A stretch of DNA of 64,000 nt from an uncultured bacterium. GTDB taxonomy: Bacteria; Chlamydiota; Chlamydiia; Chlamydiales; SM23-39. Positions within the stretch are counted from its first letter, which is position 1; every line of letters begins with the position of its first letter. The notes below the pieces were generated by a model. That model had not been told where the DNA came from and ran no database searches. It saw nothing but the letters and a program-made list of their open reading frames with translations. This document shows positions 9,629-18,660 of the stretch, one piece after another. The translations under genes and the position numbers were made by a program. The stretch is from positions 19,993 through 83,992 of the forward strand of contig CAZQNB010000002.1 in NCBI GenBank assembly GCA_964594545.1. Direction: 5' to 3'.

Positions 9629-10326
9629 AAGAAAAATTTCTTGCCCTTTCCCGTTTTAAGCAAATTGTATTGACTGTCATAGCGCTTCACTTTTTGGCGG
9701 TATTCGTTCTTTGCATACACCATTTTTTTTCGAGAGAAAAACCAAAGCCTAAAATGATTGTTCGAACGGTCTCTTTTCAGCCTAAAATTGTGGCTAAAGA
9801 AGTGTCTCGAGCGCCAAAACCCATCGCAAAATCTCCTCCTGCTAAGAAGGTTGAAAAAGCTCTACCGCAAACAAAACCAGCATCGCTGACACCGCCAAAA
9901 ATCGATTCTTCAAGTTGTTCCGGTATAAAATCTTCTCTCGTCCAAGAGATTAAAAAAGATCTGGCAACCCTGGAAAAGAAAACAGCTGTGGTTCCTAAAG
10001 TAGCGCTATCTTTGCCAAAAGAGCTCTTTCCGACCCAACCAAAAGAAGAAATAGAGATTCCCGATGCAGGCTATGGCGAAATCTTGGTCTCCTATTTGCA
10101 AAATTCTCTCGATCTTCCGGAAATGGGTGAGGTCAAAGTAGATCTTGAACTTGATCCGAGAGGGCAGATTGTCCGTTTTGAAATTCTCGAGGCAAAAAGT
10201 AAAAAAAATAGTGATTTTTTAAAAAAGCGGTTGCCTGAGCTTGCCCTCCCATGCTTTAATAACGATCGAAAATCAGATGAAACCGTTACATTTACGATCA
10301 CTTTTAAGAATCGTCCTCTTTCTTAA
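9625..10326 (+). CDS. TolA-like membrane-anchored protein with Pro/Lys-rich linker
   Basis: GTG 9625 overlaps the tolR stop. Has an N-terminal TM (IVLTVIALHFLAVFVLCI), a PKPIAKSPPAKKVEKALPQTKPASLTPPK linker and a C-terminal domain. Lies between tolR and tolB. Confidence 0.55.
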   Translation: MKEKFLALSRFKQIVLTVIALHFLAVFVLCIHHFFSREKPKPKMIVRTVSFQPKIVAKEVSRAPKPIAKSPPAKKVEKALPQTKPASLTPPKIDSSSCSGIKSSLVQEIKKDLATLEKKTAVVPKVALSLPKELFPTQPKEEIEIPDAGYGEILVSYLQNSLDLPEMGEVKVDLELDPRGQIVRFEILEAKSKKNSDFLKKRLPELALPCFNNDRKSDETVTFTITFKNRPLS

Positions 10327-11674
10327 GTTCTGTCTTCCGCTTGTTTTATTGGGGGAGTCGTTAGAAGTTTCTTTGCCCACAAGGCAAACGACAACACCCC
10401 TTTATTTAACGCAGCTGCATGTCCCATCTTCTGAATTTGATTGGCGCTATTTTGATGAGTTAAGACAGGTGCTTGAATTTGATTTAACTACCAACGGGTC
10501 TGCAACAATTGTTTCCGGCAAAAATACCCTGGAAGAATCTCTTAACTTTCCGGATGTGAGGATGAATTTCAATGTGGCTGTCTGGAAAAAAGAACAGATT
10601 CCTTATGTTTTAGCTGTTCAAGTTTTTCAAAATCGATTCCAACTTGTTGTTTTTGATATTGCCAAAGAGACATCCAAAAAATATCCCGATTTTGTTGTAA
10701 GCGGCAAGTTAGAGAAAGATCGAACAGAGATCCATCGCCTTGCAGACGCAGTGCAAAGGGATGTGTTTAAAATAGATGGCGTAGCCTCTTTAAAAATCAT
10801 TTATTCCAAGAGATGTAAGGCAACGGATGGGTGGAGTTCTGAGATTTGGGTTTGCGATGCAGATGGGTCAAACGCGCGTAGAGTTCTGTCTGAAAAAGGG
10901 TATTGCATGTCTCCTGCCTTTTTTCCGGAGAGTGTCTCTCAAGGGGATGATTTTTTCTACGTCTCTTTTCAAGAGGGGCAATCAAAAATTTACAGATCAA
11001 CGCTGAATAAAACATCCGGAGAGCCGATGATTTCTCTTCGAGGCTCTCAAGCGCTTCCTGCGATTAATAAAAAAGGGGATCAGATCGCGTTCATCACGGA
11101 TGTGTCGGGAAGGCCGGATCTTTTTATTCAAAATCTAGGGCCCGGAGGCAAGCCCATTGGAAAACCAAGACAGCTTTTTTCTATTCCGAGGTCAACGCAA
11201 GCCTCGCCAACGTATAGTCCCGATGGAAAGCACATTGCGTTTGTATCAGATAAAGATGGCGCTCCTAGAATTTATTTAATCGATGTTTTAGGCCCGAAAG
11301 ATACAACGCGGCCGAGTCCAAAACTCATCACTCGGGCCAATCGAGAAAATACATCACCAGCCTGGTCTCCCGATGGGTCAAAACTTGCCTTTAGCGCGAA
11401 GGTAGATGGCGTGCGGCAGATTTGGATCTATGATTTTGCAACGCAGACAGAATCTCCACTTACCTTTGGTGCGGATAATAAAGAAAATCCCTCCTGGTCG
11501 CCGGACAGTATGCATATTGTTTACAATACCGAAAGCGATGATCGGTGTGAATTGTACCGGATTCATATAGGACAAAAAGATCCGATTTTGATTTCAAAGG
11601 GGATAGATCAGAAACGTTTTGCATCTTGGGAAGGGATCGGAGGAAAAACATCTCTCTCGTCAAGAAATCATTAA
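10277..11674 (+). CDS. tolB: Tol-Pal system beta-propeller protein TolB
   Basis: Signal peptide after ATG 10277. Repeated SP(A/T)(W/Y)SPDG(K/S)xxAF propeller blades. Confidence 0.9.
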   Translation: MKPLHLRSLLRIVLFLKFCLPLVLLGESLEVSLPTRQTTTPLYLTQLHVPSSEFDWRYFDELRQVLEFDLTTNGSATIVSGKNTLEESLNFPDVRMNFNVAVWKKEQIPYVLAVQVFQNRFQLVVFDIAKETSKKYPDFVVSGKLEKDRTEIHRLADAVQRDVFKIDGVASLKIIYSKRCKATDGWSSEIWVCDADGSNARRVLSEKGYCMSPAFFPESVSQGDDFFYVSFQEGQSKIYRSTLNKTSGEPMISLRGSQALPAINKKGDQIAFITDVSGRPDLFIQNLGPGGKPIGKPRQLFSIPRSTQASPTYSPDGKHIAFVSDKDGAPRIYLIDVLGPKDTTRPSPKLITRANRENTSPAWSPDGSKLAFSAKVDGVRQIWIYDFATQTESPLTFGADNKENPSWSPDSMHIVYNTESDDRCELYRIHIGQKDPILISKGIDQKRFASWEGIGGKTSLSSRNH

Positions 11675-11713
11675 TGCGCTACATTGAAGAGGATGAGAAT
11701 TAAAGGTGTCAGT

Positions 11714-12388
11714 ATGTATTTCATTCGTATTTTAGCTTGTATCTCTCTTGTTTTTGTAACGGGTTGCATGCGAAGCAGTTCAGAAACTTGGGAAGACCTG
11801 AAAACGGCCGGTCGTTATGTCGGTCGGGGTGTCGATGCTCTTTGGGGCAAAGAGTATGAATCAAAAATGCTGACAACCGGTGAAGAATTCGTAGGCCCTT
11901 ATGATAACGAATTTGTTCCGCTCAAAGACTCCGATCTTCGTAATTCAATGGCATCAACAGATTCTCCTCTTCCTCAACCCAAGGGGATTCCCGGACAAAA
12001 GGGCGTTCCTTCTTTATCTGATTTCTATCTCCCGCCGGACACGCTCCAGGCTTTATTTCATCCCGTCCATTTTGAAACAGACGATCATACCATTCGCGAT
12101 CGAGCAGAATTACAAGCGATGATGGATCTTGCAGCGTATATGAAAAAGAACGGAAATACCTATCTGCTTGTTGCAGGGCATGCAGACGAAAGAGCGTCTG
12201 CAAGCTACAACGTAGCTCTCGGCATGCGACGAGCGAATTATGTCCGATCTTTCCTTGTAAAAAATGGCGTTGATCAAAATCGGATCTTCACCGTTTCTCA
12301 TGGCAAAGAACAGCCCATTGCAATGGGGCATACTCCAGATCAGTGGAAGCTCAATAGACGTTCTGAATTCAAAATCTTTCAAAAATGA
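11714..12388 (+). CDS. pal: peptidoglycan-associated lipoprotein (OmpA-like domain)
   Basis: Lipobox LVFVTGC. OmpA_C motif VAGHADERASASYNVALGMRRA. ATG 11714 follows an AAAGGTG site. Confidence 0.88.
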   Translation: MYFIRILACISLVFVTGCMRSSSETWEDLKTAGRYVGRGVDALWGKEYESKMLTTGEEFVGPYDNEFVPLKDSDLRNSMASTDSPLPQPKGIPGQKGVPSLSDFYLPPDTLQALFHPVHFETDDHTIRDRAELQAMMDLAAYMKKNGNTYLLVAGHADERASASYNVALGMRRANYVRSFLVKNGVDQNRIFTVSHGKEQPIAMGHTPDQWKLNRRSEFKIFQK

Positions 12389-13029
12389 AATCATTAGCTT
12401 TTCTCATTTGTATACTTATTTTTGCGGGATGTTCTCCAATCAAGACATCCCAGCATGACGAGAGATATCAATGGGAATTGACCCTTCACGAAGTTCAGAC
12501 GAATTTAGATGACTTACGCCATGATACCAACTGCTTTGAAACTGAAATTCAAATCTTAGATGGCCGTATTAAGTGTTTTGAAAATGCGCTCGCTTCTTTA
12601 AAAGCCCAAGAAATTGAAAAGCAGCAAAGCCGGATCGAACAAATTGGCGGGCAGCTTCTTTCGTTAGAGAGAAAGTGGTCTGCTTTTGAAAAAAAACAAG
12701 AGGCGAACAAAGATGGATTAGAACATTTGTCTTTGCATGCAAAAGAAACGAGCGTCGCGTTAACTCAATTTAAAGCCCGAATTGAAGAGATAGAATCTGA
12801 AGTTCTCTCTCAAAGCCGAAGACTGGAAACTCTCGCCAAATTAAAAGGCAATATTGAGACGCTCACAAAAGCGTTAAAAGTAGAAGGCGCAAAAATTTAT
12901 AAAGTGCGTCCGGGGGATTCGTTAGAGAAAATTGCAAAAGCGCATAAGACAGATGTCGTTACTTTGAAACAACTCAACGGTTTAATCCAAGATCTGATCG
13001 TCGTAGATCAAGAATTGAAAGTTCCTTAA
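12385..13029 (+). CDS. coiled-coil lipoprotein with C-terminal LysM domain
   Basis: Lipobox LIFAGCS, long heptad-like central region and LysM sequence YKVRPGDSLEKIAKAHKTDVVTLKQLNGL. ATGA overlap with the pal stop. Confidence 0.8.
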   Translation: MKSLAFLICILIFAGCSPIKTSQHDERYQWELTLHEVQTNLDDLRHDTNCFETEIQILDGRIKCFENALASLKAQEIEKQQSRIEQIGGQLLSLERKWSAFEKKQEANKDGLEHLSLHAKETSVALTQFKARIEEIESEVLSQSRRLETLAKLKGNIETLTKALKVEGAKIYKVRPGDSLEKIAKAHKTDVVTLKQLNGLIQDLIVVDQELKVP

Positions 13030-13845
13030 ATGGGTTCCTCTTTTCCGATTGCTGTTTTTGATTCCGGCGTGGGTGGCCTTACAGTTTTTAAGACTCTGAA
13101 GACACTTCTACCTTTTGAAAATTTTATTTATCTTGCTGATAATAAAAGAGTTCCCTACGGAGGTCTTTCTGTAGAAACAATTGTCCAATACACATCAGAG
13201 GCGATCTCCTTTTTAGAACAACAAAAAGTAAAGCTGGTCGTTTTGGGCTGTCATACAGCAAGCGCGAGGTATTTAGGTGGAGATAAAGTCCCCGTAATAG
13301 GAATGATTGAAGGTGCTTTGCAGGCCATTGGAGAGATCCCAAAATTGCAGAAAATAGCGATTTTAGGAACTCTGAGTACGATTGAATCGAGAGTATATGA
13401 ACAATTGGTACTCTCTCAAAATCCATCTCTAGAAGTGATTTCCATTGCGTGTCCGCGACTTGTTCCTAGAATCGAATCGGGACTTTTTTCAGACAGTGAG
13501 ATTTTGGCCATGGTAGAAGAATATGTAAGGCCTTTAAAAGGGAAGAGAGTGGATGCTGCTCTTCTTGCTTGTACTCATTATCCTTTAATTTTGAATGTAT
13601 TTCAAAAGGTGTTGGGATCTGTATTATTGATTGATCCTTCGCATGCAGTTTCTTTAATGGTTAAAGATTATTTAGTAAGGAATGATCTATTGAATAACGA
13701 AAGTTGTTCGAGTCTTCGGTTTTGTGTCACAGGTAATTTAGAAATGTTTGCAAAACAGGCAGCTCATTTCTTGAAAGAAGAAATTATTCCGGAGAAAATT
13801 TTGTTGACCCAAGGGATAAATCTGAGTTTTGATCGCTCTTCATGA
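13030..13845 (+). CDS. murI: glutamate racemase
   Basis: VFDSGVGGLTV and GCHTAS / ACTHYPL active-site regions. Starts 1 nt after the LysM gene stop. Confidence 0.92.
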   Translation: MGSSFPIAVFDSGVGGLTVFKTLKTLLPFENFIYLADNKRVPYGGLSVETIVQYTSEAISFLEQQKVKLVVLGCHTASARYLGGDKVPVIGMIEGALQAIGEIPKLQKIAILGTLSTIESRVYEQLVLSQNPSLEVISIACPRLVPRIESGLFSDSEILAMVEEYVRPLKGKRVDAALLACTHYPLILNVFQKVLGSVLLIDPSHAVSLMVKDYLVRNDLLNNESCSSLRFCVTGNLEMFAKQAAHFLKEEIIPEKILLTQGINLSFDRSS

Positions 13846-14822
13846 AATATCCCAAGCTCAATGAGTTGCTTTTCGAGTGAAAATTTCTCATCTTGAATTT
13901 CATAGGTTTTCTTAGCCATTTCTTGCGCTTGAGAGGGGTGGGCGGCAATCCAATGCATGTGGGTAACAATTTGATCAAATATAGCCTGTCCATCGTTTTG
14001 GGTGTCGATGTATAGAACATTGTCTCCAAAATGCTCTTTCACAAATGGATGGGTATCAGAGATGATCACTGTTGAAGACGCTGCTGCTTCAAAAATGCGG
14101 CCGGAGGGTATGCCGTGAGCATTGTGCTGGACTGAGTGGAGGACAAGGGTGATCCCTTCGTTTGCCGCGATTTCAAAAAGGCTGTTTTCATCAAAGGGGA
14201 TGCTCGATTGAAAACTTTGTGGATAACGTTCTTTGAAAATAGGGTTCCCATAAAAACGCATGAATGGCTGCCCATCGAGCAGATGGAAGCACTCTAAATA
14301 CTTTTCATCTTTAAATCGATCGCCCCAGGTACTGCAAAGATGAAAAAGATGGGTGGGGTTTACTTTTTTATATTCTACCCTTTGGACGGAGGGATACCAC
14401 ATCATGTAGGGACGCTTGCTGCTCCCAAAATTTTTGTCTGGTACAGAGGGGGGAAACGTGAGTAGGTATCCATCGTAATGGGTATATTTTCTCATCAGGT
14501 ACCCACTTTTTTTAAAGAGGCCCTTTGTCGGATGAAAAACAGCGAGGTAATTTTTGCATTTCGGACGTTGATAAACAAAGGGGCCGAGATTGATCGCGAA
14601 ATCGTATTTAGCTTTTTTTAAGTTTTTAGAAGTCTTGACATCGATAATTTCAGCTTTCCACCCCATATTTTGACAGGCTGATTTAAGTCTGTAGGCAAAG
14701 TTTGTTTCCCCTAGAAAGTCGGAGTCGGTAATAATCGCGATATTTTTTGCCTCCGGTTTTATAAGAGTGGGTCTTGCGAACACATAACCGCATATTGTTA
14801 GGCAAATAAAGAGTTTGATCAT
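13764..14822 (-). CDS. secreted or membrane-associated glycosyltransferase-like protein (GT-B/GT1-like C-terminus)
   Basis: N-terminal signal-like segment. C-terminal GIPSGRIFEAAASSTVIISDTHPFVKEHFGDNVLYID resembles the GT1 nucleotide-sugar binding region. Confidence 0.6.
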   Translation of the reverse strand: MIKLFICLTICGYVFARPTLIKPEAKNIAIITDSDFLGETNFAYRLKSACQNMGWKAEIIDVKTSKNLKKAKYDFAINLGPFVYQRPKCKNYLAVFHPTKGLFKKSGYLMRKYTHYDGYLLTFPPSVPDKNFGSSKRPYMMWYPSVQRVEYKKVNPTHLFHLCSTWGDRFKDEKYLECFHLLDGQPFMRFYGNPIFKERYPQSFQSSIPFDENSLFEIAANEGITLVLHSVQHNAHGIPSGRIFEAAASSTVIISDTHPFVKEHFGDNVLYIDTQNDGQAIFDQIVTHMHWIAAHPSQAQEMAKKTYEIQDEKFSLEKQLIELGIFHEERSKLRFIPWVNKIFSGIISSFKK

Positions 14823-14841
14823 TGAGTTAAACTGTGGTTTT

Positions 14842-14849
14842 TGTATAAT
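14842..14849 (+). promoter_or_regulatory. candidate extended -10 element (TGTATAAT) for the response regulator gene
   Basis: TGTATAAT lies 29 nt upstream of ATG 14879. An AGGAG SD lies between them. Confidence 0.35.
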
Positions 14850-14878
14850 GATTATGGCCTTTCAGGAGAAAAAAGTCC

Positions 14879-15577
14879 ATGTCGCAAAAAAAACGAATTG
14901 TCATGATCGAAGATGAAGAAGACATTGCAGCTCTTATCAAGTTACAGGCTGAACTTTCTGGGTATAAGCTTCATGTTGAAGTGGATGGAATCAATGGGTA
15001 TCGAGCAATTGAGAGGGAAAAGCCCGATCTTGTGATTTTAGATGTCATGCTTCCCGGCGAAAATGGGCTCGATGTATGCCGCAAGATCAAAGCAAATCAG
15101 GAAACGAAAAATATTCCGGTGATTATCCTCTCTGCTAAGGGAGACGAGATTGATATTGTTTTAGGTCTTGAGCTTGGCGCTGATGATTATGTTCCAAAGC
15201 CGTTTTCCCCCAAAGTTCTTTTTTCTCGGATCAAAGCCGTTCTTCGGAGAGGAAAAGAACCCGAAAAGTCTGCCCGAATGGTTAAGTTTGGCGAGTTTCT
15301 TCTCGATATTGATCGATATTTGCTTCGCTTAAAAGATAAGAGCTTCCCTTTGACTTTGTCTGAATTTGGCATATTGCGAAGGCTCGTATCGAATAGAGGA
15401 AAAGTGCTCACGCGCAATCAGCTTCTTGAGGACATCAATAACGATGATTCATTTATCGTGGATCGAAATATCGATGTACATATTGCCTCTCTTCGAAAGA
15501 AATTAGGCCCAACCTTTAATTGGATTGAAACGGTTCGAGGCATTGGCTATCGCTTCCGCGAAGAATCAATGTGTTAA
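14879..15577 (+). CDS. OmpR/PhoB-family response regulator
   Basis: Receiver motifs DLVILDVMLPGENG and KPF, plus a winged-helix C-terminus VRGIGYRF. No histidine kinase is adjacent. Confidence 0.9.
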   Translation: MSQKKRIVMIEDEEDIAALIKLQAELSGYKLHVEVDGINGYRAIEREKPDLVILDVMLPGENGLDVCRKIKANQETKNIPVIILSAKGDEIDIVLGLELGADDYVPKPFSPKVLFSRIKAVLRRGKEPEKSARMVKFGEFLLDIDRYLLRLKDKSFPLTLSEFGILRRLVSNRGKVLTRNQLLEDINNDDSFIVDRNIDVHIASLRKKLGPTFNWIETVRGIGYRFREESMC

Positions 15578-16168
15578 TGTACAAATAGGGCATTTTTCTA
15601 ATACATGCCCTCTGGCCGGGCAATACTTTCTTGCGTAGTAGATGATTTGCAAGTGAACTTTTGCCCACGCACTTTTAGGAAAAAACTTTTTCAAGTCTTT
15701 TTCTGTTTGTTCAACCGATTTCCCGTTCGATATGCCCCACCTTTCTGCGCAGCGATGAATATGTGTGTCGACTGGAAAAGCAGATTTTTGAAACGCTTGA
15801 ATCATCACAACAGAGGCCGTTTTATGCCCAACGCCCGGAAGCTCTTCTAATTCCTGCAAAGTTTTAGGGACTTGGGATTTGTGTTTTTCAATTAGATCTT
15901 TTGATAACTGCCAAATCGCTTTTGATTTCGTTGGAGCAAGACCGCAGGGTCGTATGATCTCTTCGATTTCTTGCGGCGTTAAGAGAACCATTTTTGCCGC
16001 AGTGTCAGCAAGCGCAAATAACTTTGGAGTGATTTGGTTGACTCTTATATCTGTGCATTGAGCCGATAAGAGGACTGCGATGAGTAAAGTATAAGGATCT
16101 TTGTGAAGAAGCGGAATTTGTGGATCCGGGAAAAGTTTATCTAAAATAGACTGGATCTTTTTTTTCAT
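15566..16168 (-). CDS. nth: endonuclease III
   Basis: HhH-GPD motif LPGVGHKTASVVM and C-terminal Fe-S cysteines CPARGHVLEKCPIC. Confidence 0.92.
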   Translation of the reverse strand: MKKKIQSILDKLFPDPQIPLLHKDPYTLLIAVLLSAQCTDIRVNQITPKLFALADTAAKMVLLTPQEIEEIIRPCGLAPTKSKAIWQLSKDLIEKHKSQVPKTLQELEELPGVGHKTASVVMIQAFQKSAFPVDTHIHRCAERWGISNGKSVEQTEKDLKKFFPKSAWAKVHLQIIYYARKYCPARGHVLEKCPICTLTH

Positions 16169-17514
16169 TTACCCAGACAAAATTTGCTAAAAATCGCAGA
16201 TAAAATATCTTCCGTAACATTTGTTCCAATAATGGTTCCCAGTTCATTTAAACAGGCCCGAAGATCAGATGTTGTAAATTCCGGGGACATTCCTGATTTA
16301 AGGCCATCAATCACATTGCGGGCGTGGAGAAGGGCGTCTTTGAGTGCTGTATGGTGGCGTAGCTGCGTGATGGTCACTTCTTCTTTTGAGGGAGGCCCTT
16401 TTTTCCAAATGCATTTTTCAATGGCCCTTTTGAGATGATCGATCCCTGTTTTTTCTTTCGCTGAGATTTCGACCGAAGTGTGCCAGCAAATCGAGGTCTT
16501 TGGTTTTGTAAGATCGATCTTATTCCAGACGAGGATTGTTTTTTCTTTGGGAACAGAAGATAGAAGCTCTTGATCACTTTCTGTAAGGGGTCTGCTCGCA
16601 TCTAAAAGCAGCAAGATGAGATCTGCCTCTTTCATTGTTTTTTGCGATCTTCGAATCCCTTCTTGCTCCACAATTTCTGCGGTGTTTCGAATGCCGGCTG
16701 TATCGATGAGGCGGAAATGGAGGACCCCAAGTTTAAAATCCTCTTCTAAAAGATCTCTTGTCGTCCCCGCAATATCGGTCACAATCGCCCGATCTTTCCC
16801 TAAAAGGGCGTTCATGAGAGAGGATTTGCCCACATTGGGAGAGCCTAAAAGACCAAGGGAAATGCCGGAGTGGAGGATTTTTCCTTCAGCAAACGTGGCG
16901 TCGAGATGCTCCATTTTACTGCATATTTTTTCTAATGTTTCGCAAATTTCATCCACAGTTGCAAAGGCAAGACCTTCTTCCGGGAAGTCGACGGACGCCT
17001 CTAAAATAGCTGCAGTCTCTGTCAGCTCTTTTTGAAATTGGAGAATCAGTTTTGATAAAGCGCCATTGAGCTGATGCTCTGCAGCAGAGAGGGCAAGCTC
17101 GTTTTTTGCGTGGATGAGTTCTTGGACAGCTTCTGCTTGAGCAAGATCGATTTTGCCGTTGAGAAAGGCGCGGAGAGAAAATTCGCCGGGTTTTGCAGGT
17201 TTTGCTCCTGCCTCATAAATTCTCTCTAAAACCTTGCGCGTGATGAGGCTTCCTCCGTGACAAAAAATTTCTACAGAATCTTCCCCCGTGTAGGATTTGG
17301 GATTTCGCATGATGAGAAGGAGAACGGAATCGATTGTTTTCCCCTCCCGATCGACAATTTTCCCATAGTGGGCCGTGTGCGTTGCGTAAGAATCAATGGG
17401 CCCTGTAAAAATTTTTTGAGCAACCGCAAATGCCTCATTTCCAGAAATGCGGATAGCGGAAATAGCCCCTTCTCCAGCAGGAGTTGCGATAGCGGCAATG
17501 GTTTCTTGGTTCAT
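16165..17514 (-). CDS. mnmE: tRNA modification GTPase MnmE
   Basis: GSPNVGKSSL P-loop, DTAG, NKIDL and the C-terminal CxGK tail (FCLGK). Confidence 0.95.
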   Translation of the reverse strand: MNQETIAAIATPAGEGAISAIRISGNEAFAVAQKIFTGPIDSYATHTAHYGKIVDREGKTIDSVLLLIMRNPKSYTGEDSVEIFCHGGSLITRKVLERIYEAGAKPAKPGEFSLRAFLNGKIDLAQAEAVQELIHAKNELALSAAEHQLNGALSKLILQFQKELTETAAILEASVDFPEEGLAFATVDEICETLEKICSKMEHLDATFAEGKILHSGISLGLLGSPNVGKSSLMNALLGKDRAIVTDIAGTTRDLLEEDFKLGVLHFRLIDTAGIRNTAEIVEQEGIRRSQKTMKEADLILLLLDASRPLTESDQELLSSVPKEKTILVWNKIDLTKPKTSICWHTSVEISAKEKTGIDHLKRAIEKCIWKKGPPSKEEVTITQLRHHTALKDALLHARNVIDGLKSGMSPEFTTSDLRACLNELGTIIGTNVTEDILSAIFSKFCLGK

Positions 17515-17555
17515 AGGCCTGCTAGTTTACCACGAATGGGCAGAGTGTGGAAGTA

Positions 17556-18152
17556 TCAAATTTTTTTTAGGGACAAGGTGATCAAACGGCCGAGATCATT
17601 TTCATCCTTGGCGTCTAATCTGGCCGCTTGAACCGCTTTTTGGGCCTCTAGCGGGTGGTAGCCTAGATTCATTAAGGCATTCACTGCATCTGCGTGGATC
17701 GTGTCTCCGGATGACGAGGCAAAGGGGACCCCTTTATCTTTTCTATGGAAGGTTTTGAGTTTATCGCGCATTTCTAAAACAAGCCGTTCTGCCGTTTTTT
17801 TCCCAATGCCCGGGATTTTGCTTAAGATCCGGATGTCAGCTGCAACAATTGCGTTTTGGAGCGCATTCATGTCCATGTGGCCAATGATCCCAATTGCGGT
17901 TTTTGGGCCAATGCCGGAAAGGGTGATGAGCACTTCAAAAAGATCCCGTTCTTGTTTTTCTAAAAAGGCATACAAAGTGTTTGAGTCTTCCCGAATGACC
18001 TGGGATAGATGAAGGTGCACGTTTGCATCAATTGAGGGAAGCTTTGTGTACGTATTGAGAGGGATGGTCAATCGATAGCCGATGCCGCCCACTTCAACAA
18101 CAGCTTTGAGGGGCTCTTTTTCTTTCAAAATACCTTTCATGGAGTCAAACAT
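17556..18152 (-). CDS. ruvA: Holliday junction branch migration complex subunit RuvA
   Basis: OB-fold N-terminus, HhH motifs (LSGIGPKTA, IPGIGKKTAERL) and a C-terminal domain III. Confidence 0.93.
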   Translation of the reverse strand: MFDSMKGILKEKEPLKAVVEVGGIGYRLTIPLNTYTKLPSIDANVHLHLSQVIREDSNTLYAFLEKQERDLFEVLITLSGIGPKTAIGIIGHMDMNALQNAIVAADIRILSKIPGIGKKTAERLVLEMRDKLKTFHRKDKGVPFASSSGDTIHADAVNALMNLGYHPLEAQKAVQAARLDAKDENDLGRLITLSLKKI

Positions 18153-18636
18153 AGGGTGTCTTCCTTTGGTGAGAACAACAAATAGCTAAAGCCAGCGCGT
18201 CAGCTGCATCTTCGGGCTCCGGCATAACAGGCAAGCGCAGGAGGGATTGAATCATCTTTTGTACCTGCAATTTGCTCGCTCCGCCAAAGCCCACAACAGC
18301 CAGTTTTGCTTTTTTTGGGGCAAATTCATAGACCGGAATATTTTTTCTTGCGGCTGCGAGTAAAACCATTCCCTTGGCCATGCCGAGTTTAATCGCGCTT
18401 TGCGCATTTTTCAAGACGAATTGTGATTCTACAGCAATTTGCGTGGGCGCGTGTTTCTCAATTAACGTTTCAATGCTCTCGAATATGATTTTGTAGCGCT
18501 GTGCTAGAGGGAGATGTGGCGGGGGGCGGATGCAGCCATAATCGATGGGGATAATGGTCCCTTCCGTTGAAATAATCCCATAGCCGGTAATACGAGTTCC
18601 GGGGTCGATACCGAGAATGATTTCTTTTTTGTGCAT
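18145..18636 (-). CDS. ruvC: crossover junction endodeoxyribonuclease RuvC
   Basis: ILGIDPG start and catalytic acidic residues including ...DAADALA. Overlaps the ruvA start by 8 nt. Confidence 0.93.
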   Translation of the reverse strand: MHKKEIILGIDPGTRITGYGIISTEGTIIPIDYGCIRPPPHLPLAQRYKIIFESIETLIEKHAPTQIAVESQFVLKNAQSAIKLGMAKGMVLLAAARKNIPVYEFAPKKAKLAVVGFGGASKLQVQKMIQSLLRLPVMPEPEDAADALALAICCSHQRKTPYV

Positions 18637-18660
18637 GATCTATTATCCTGGATATTTTGA

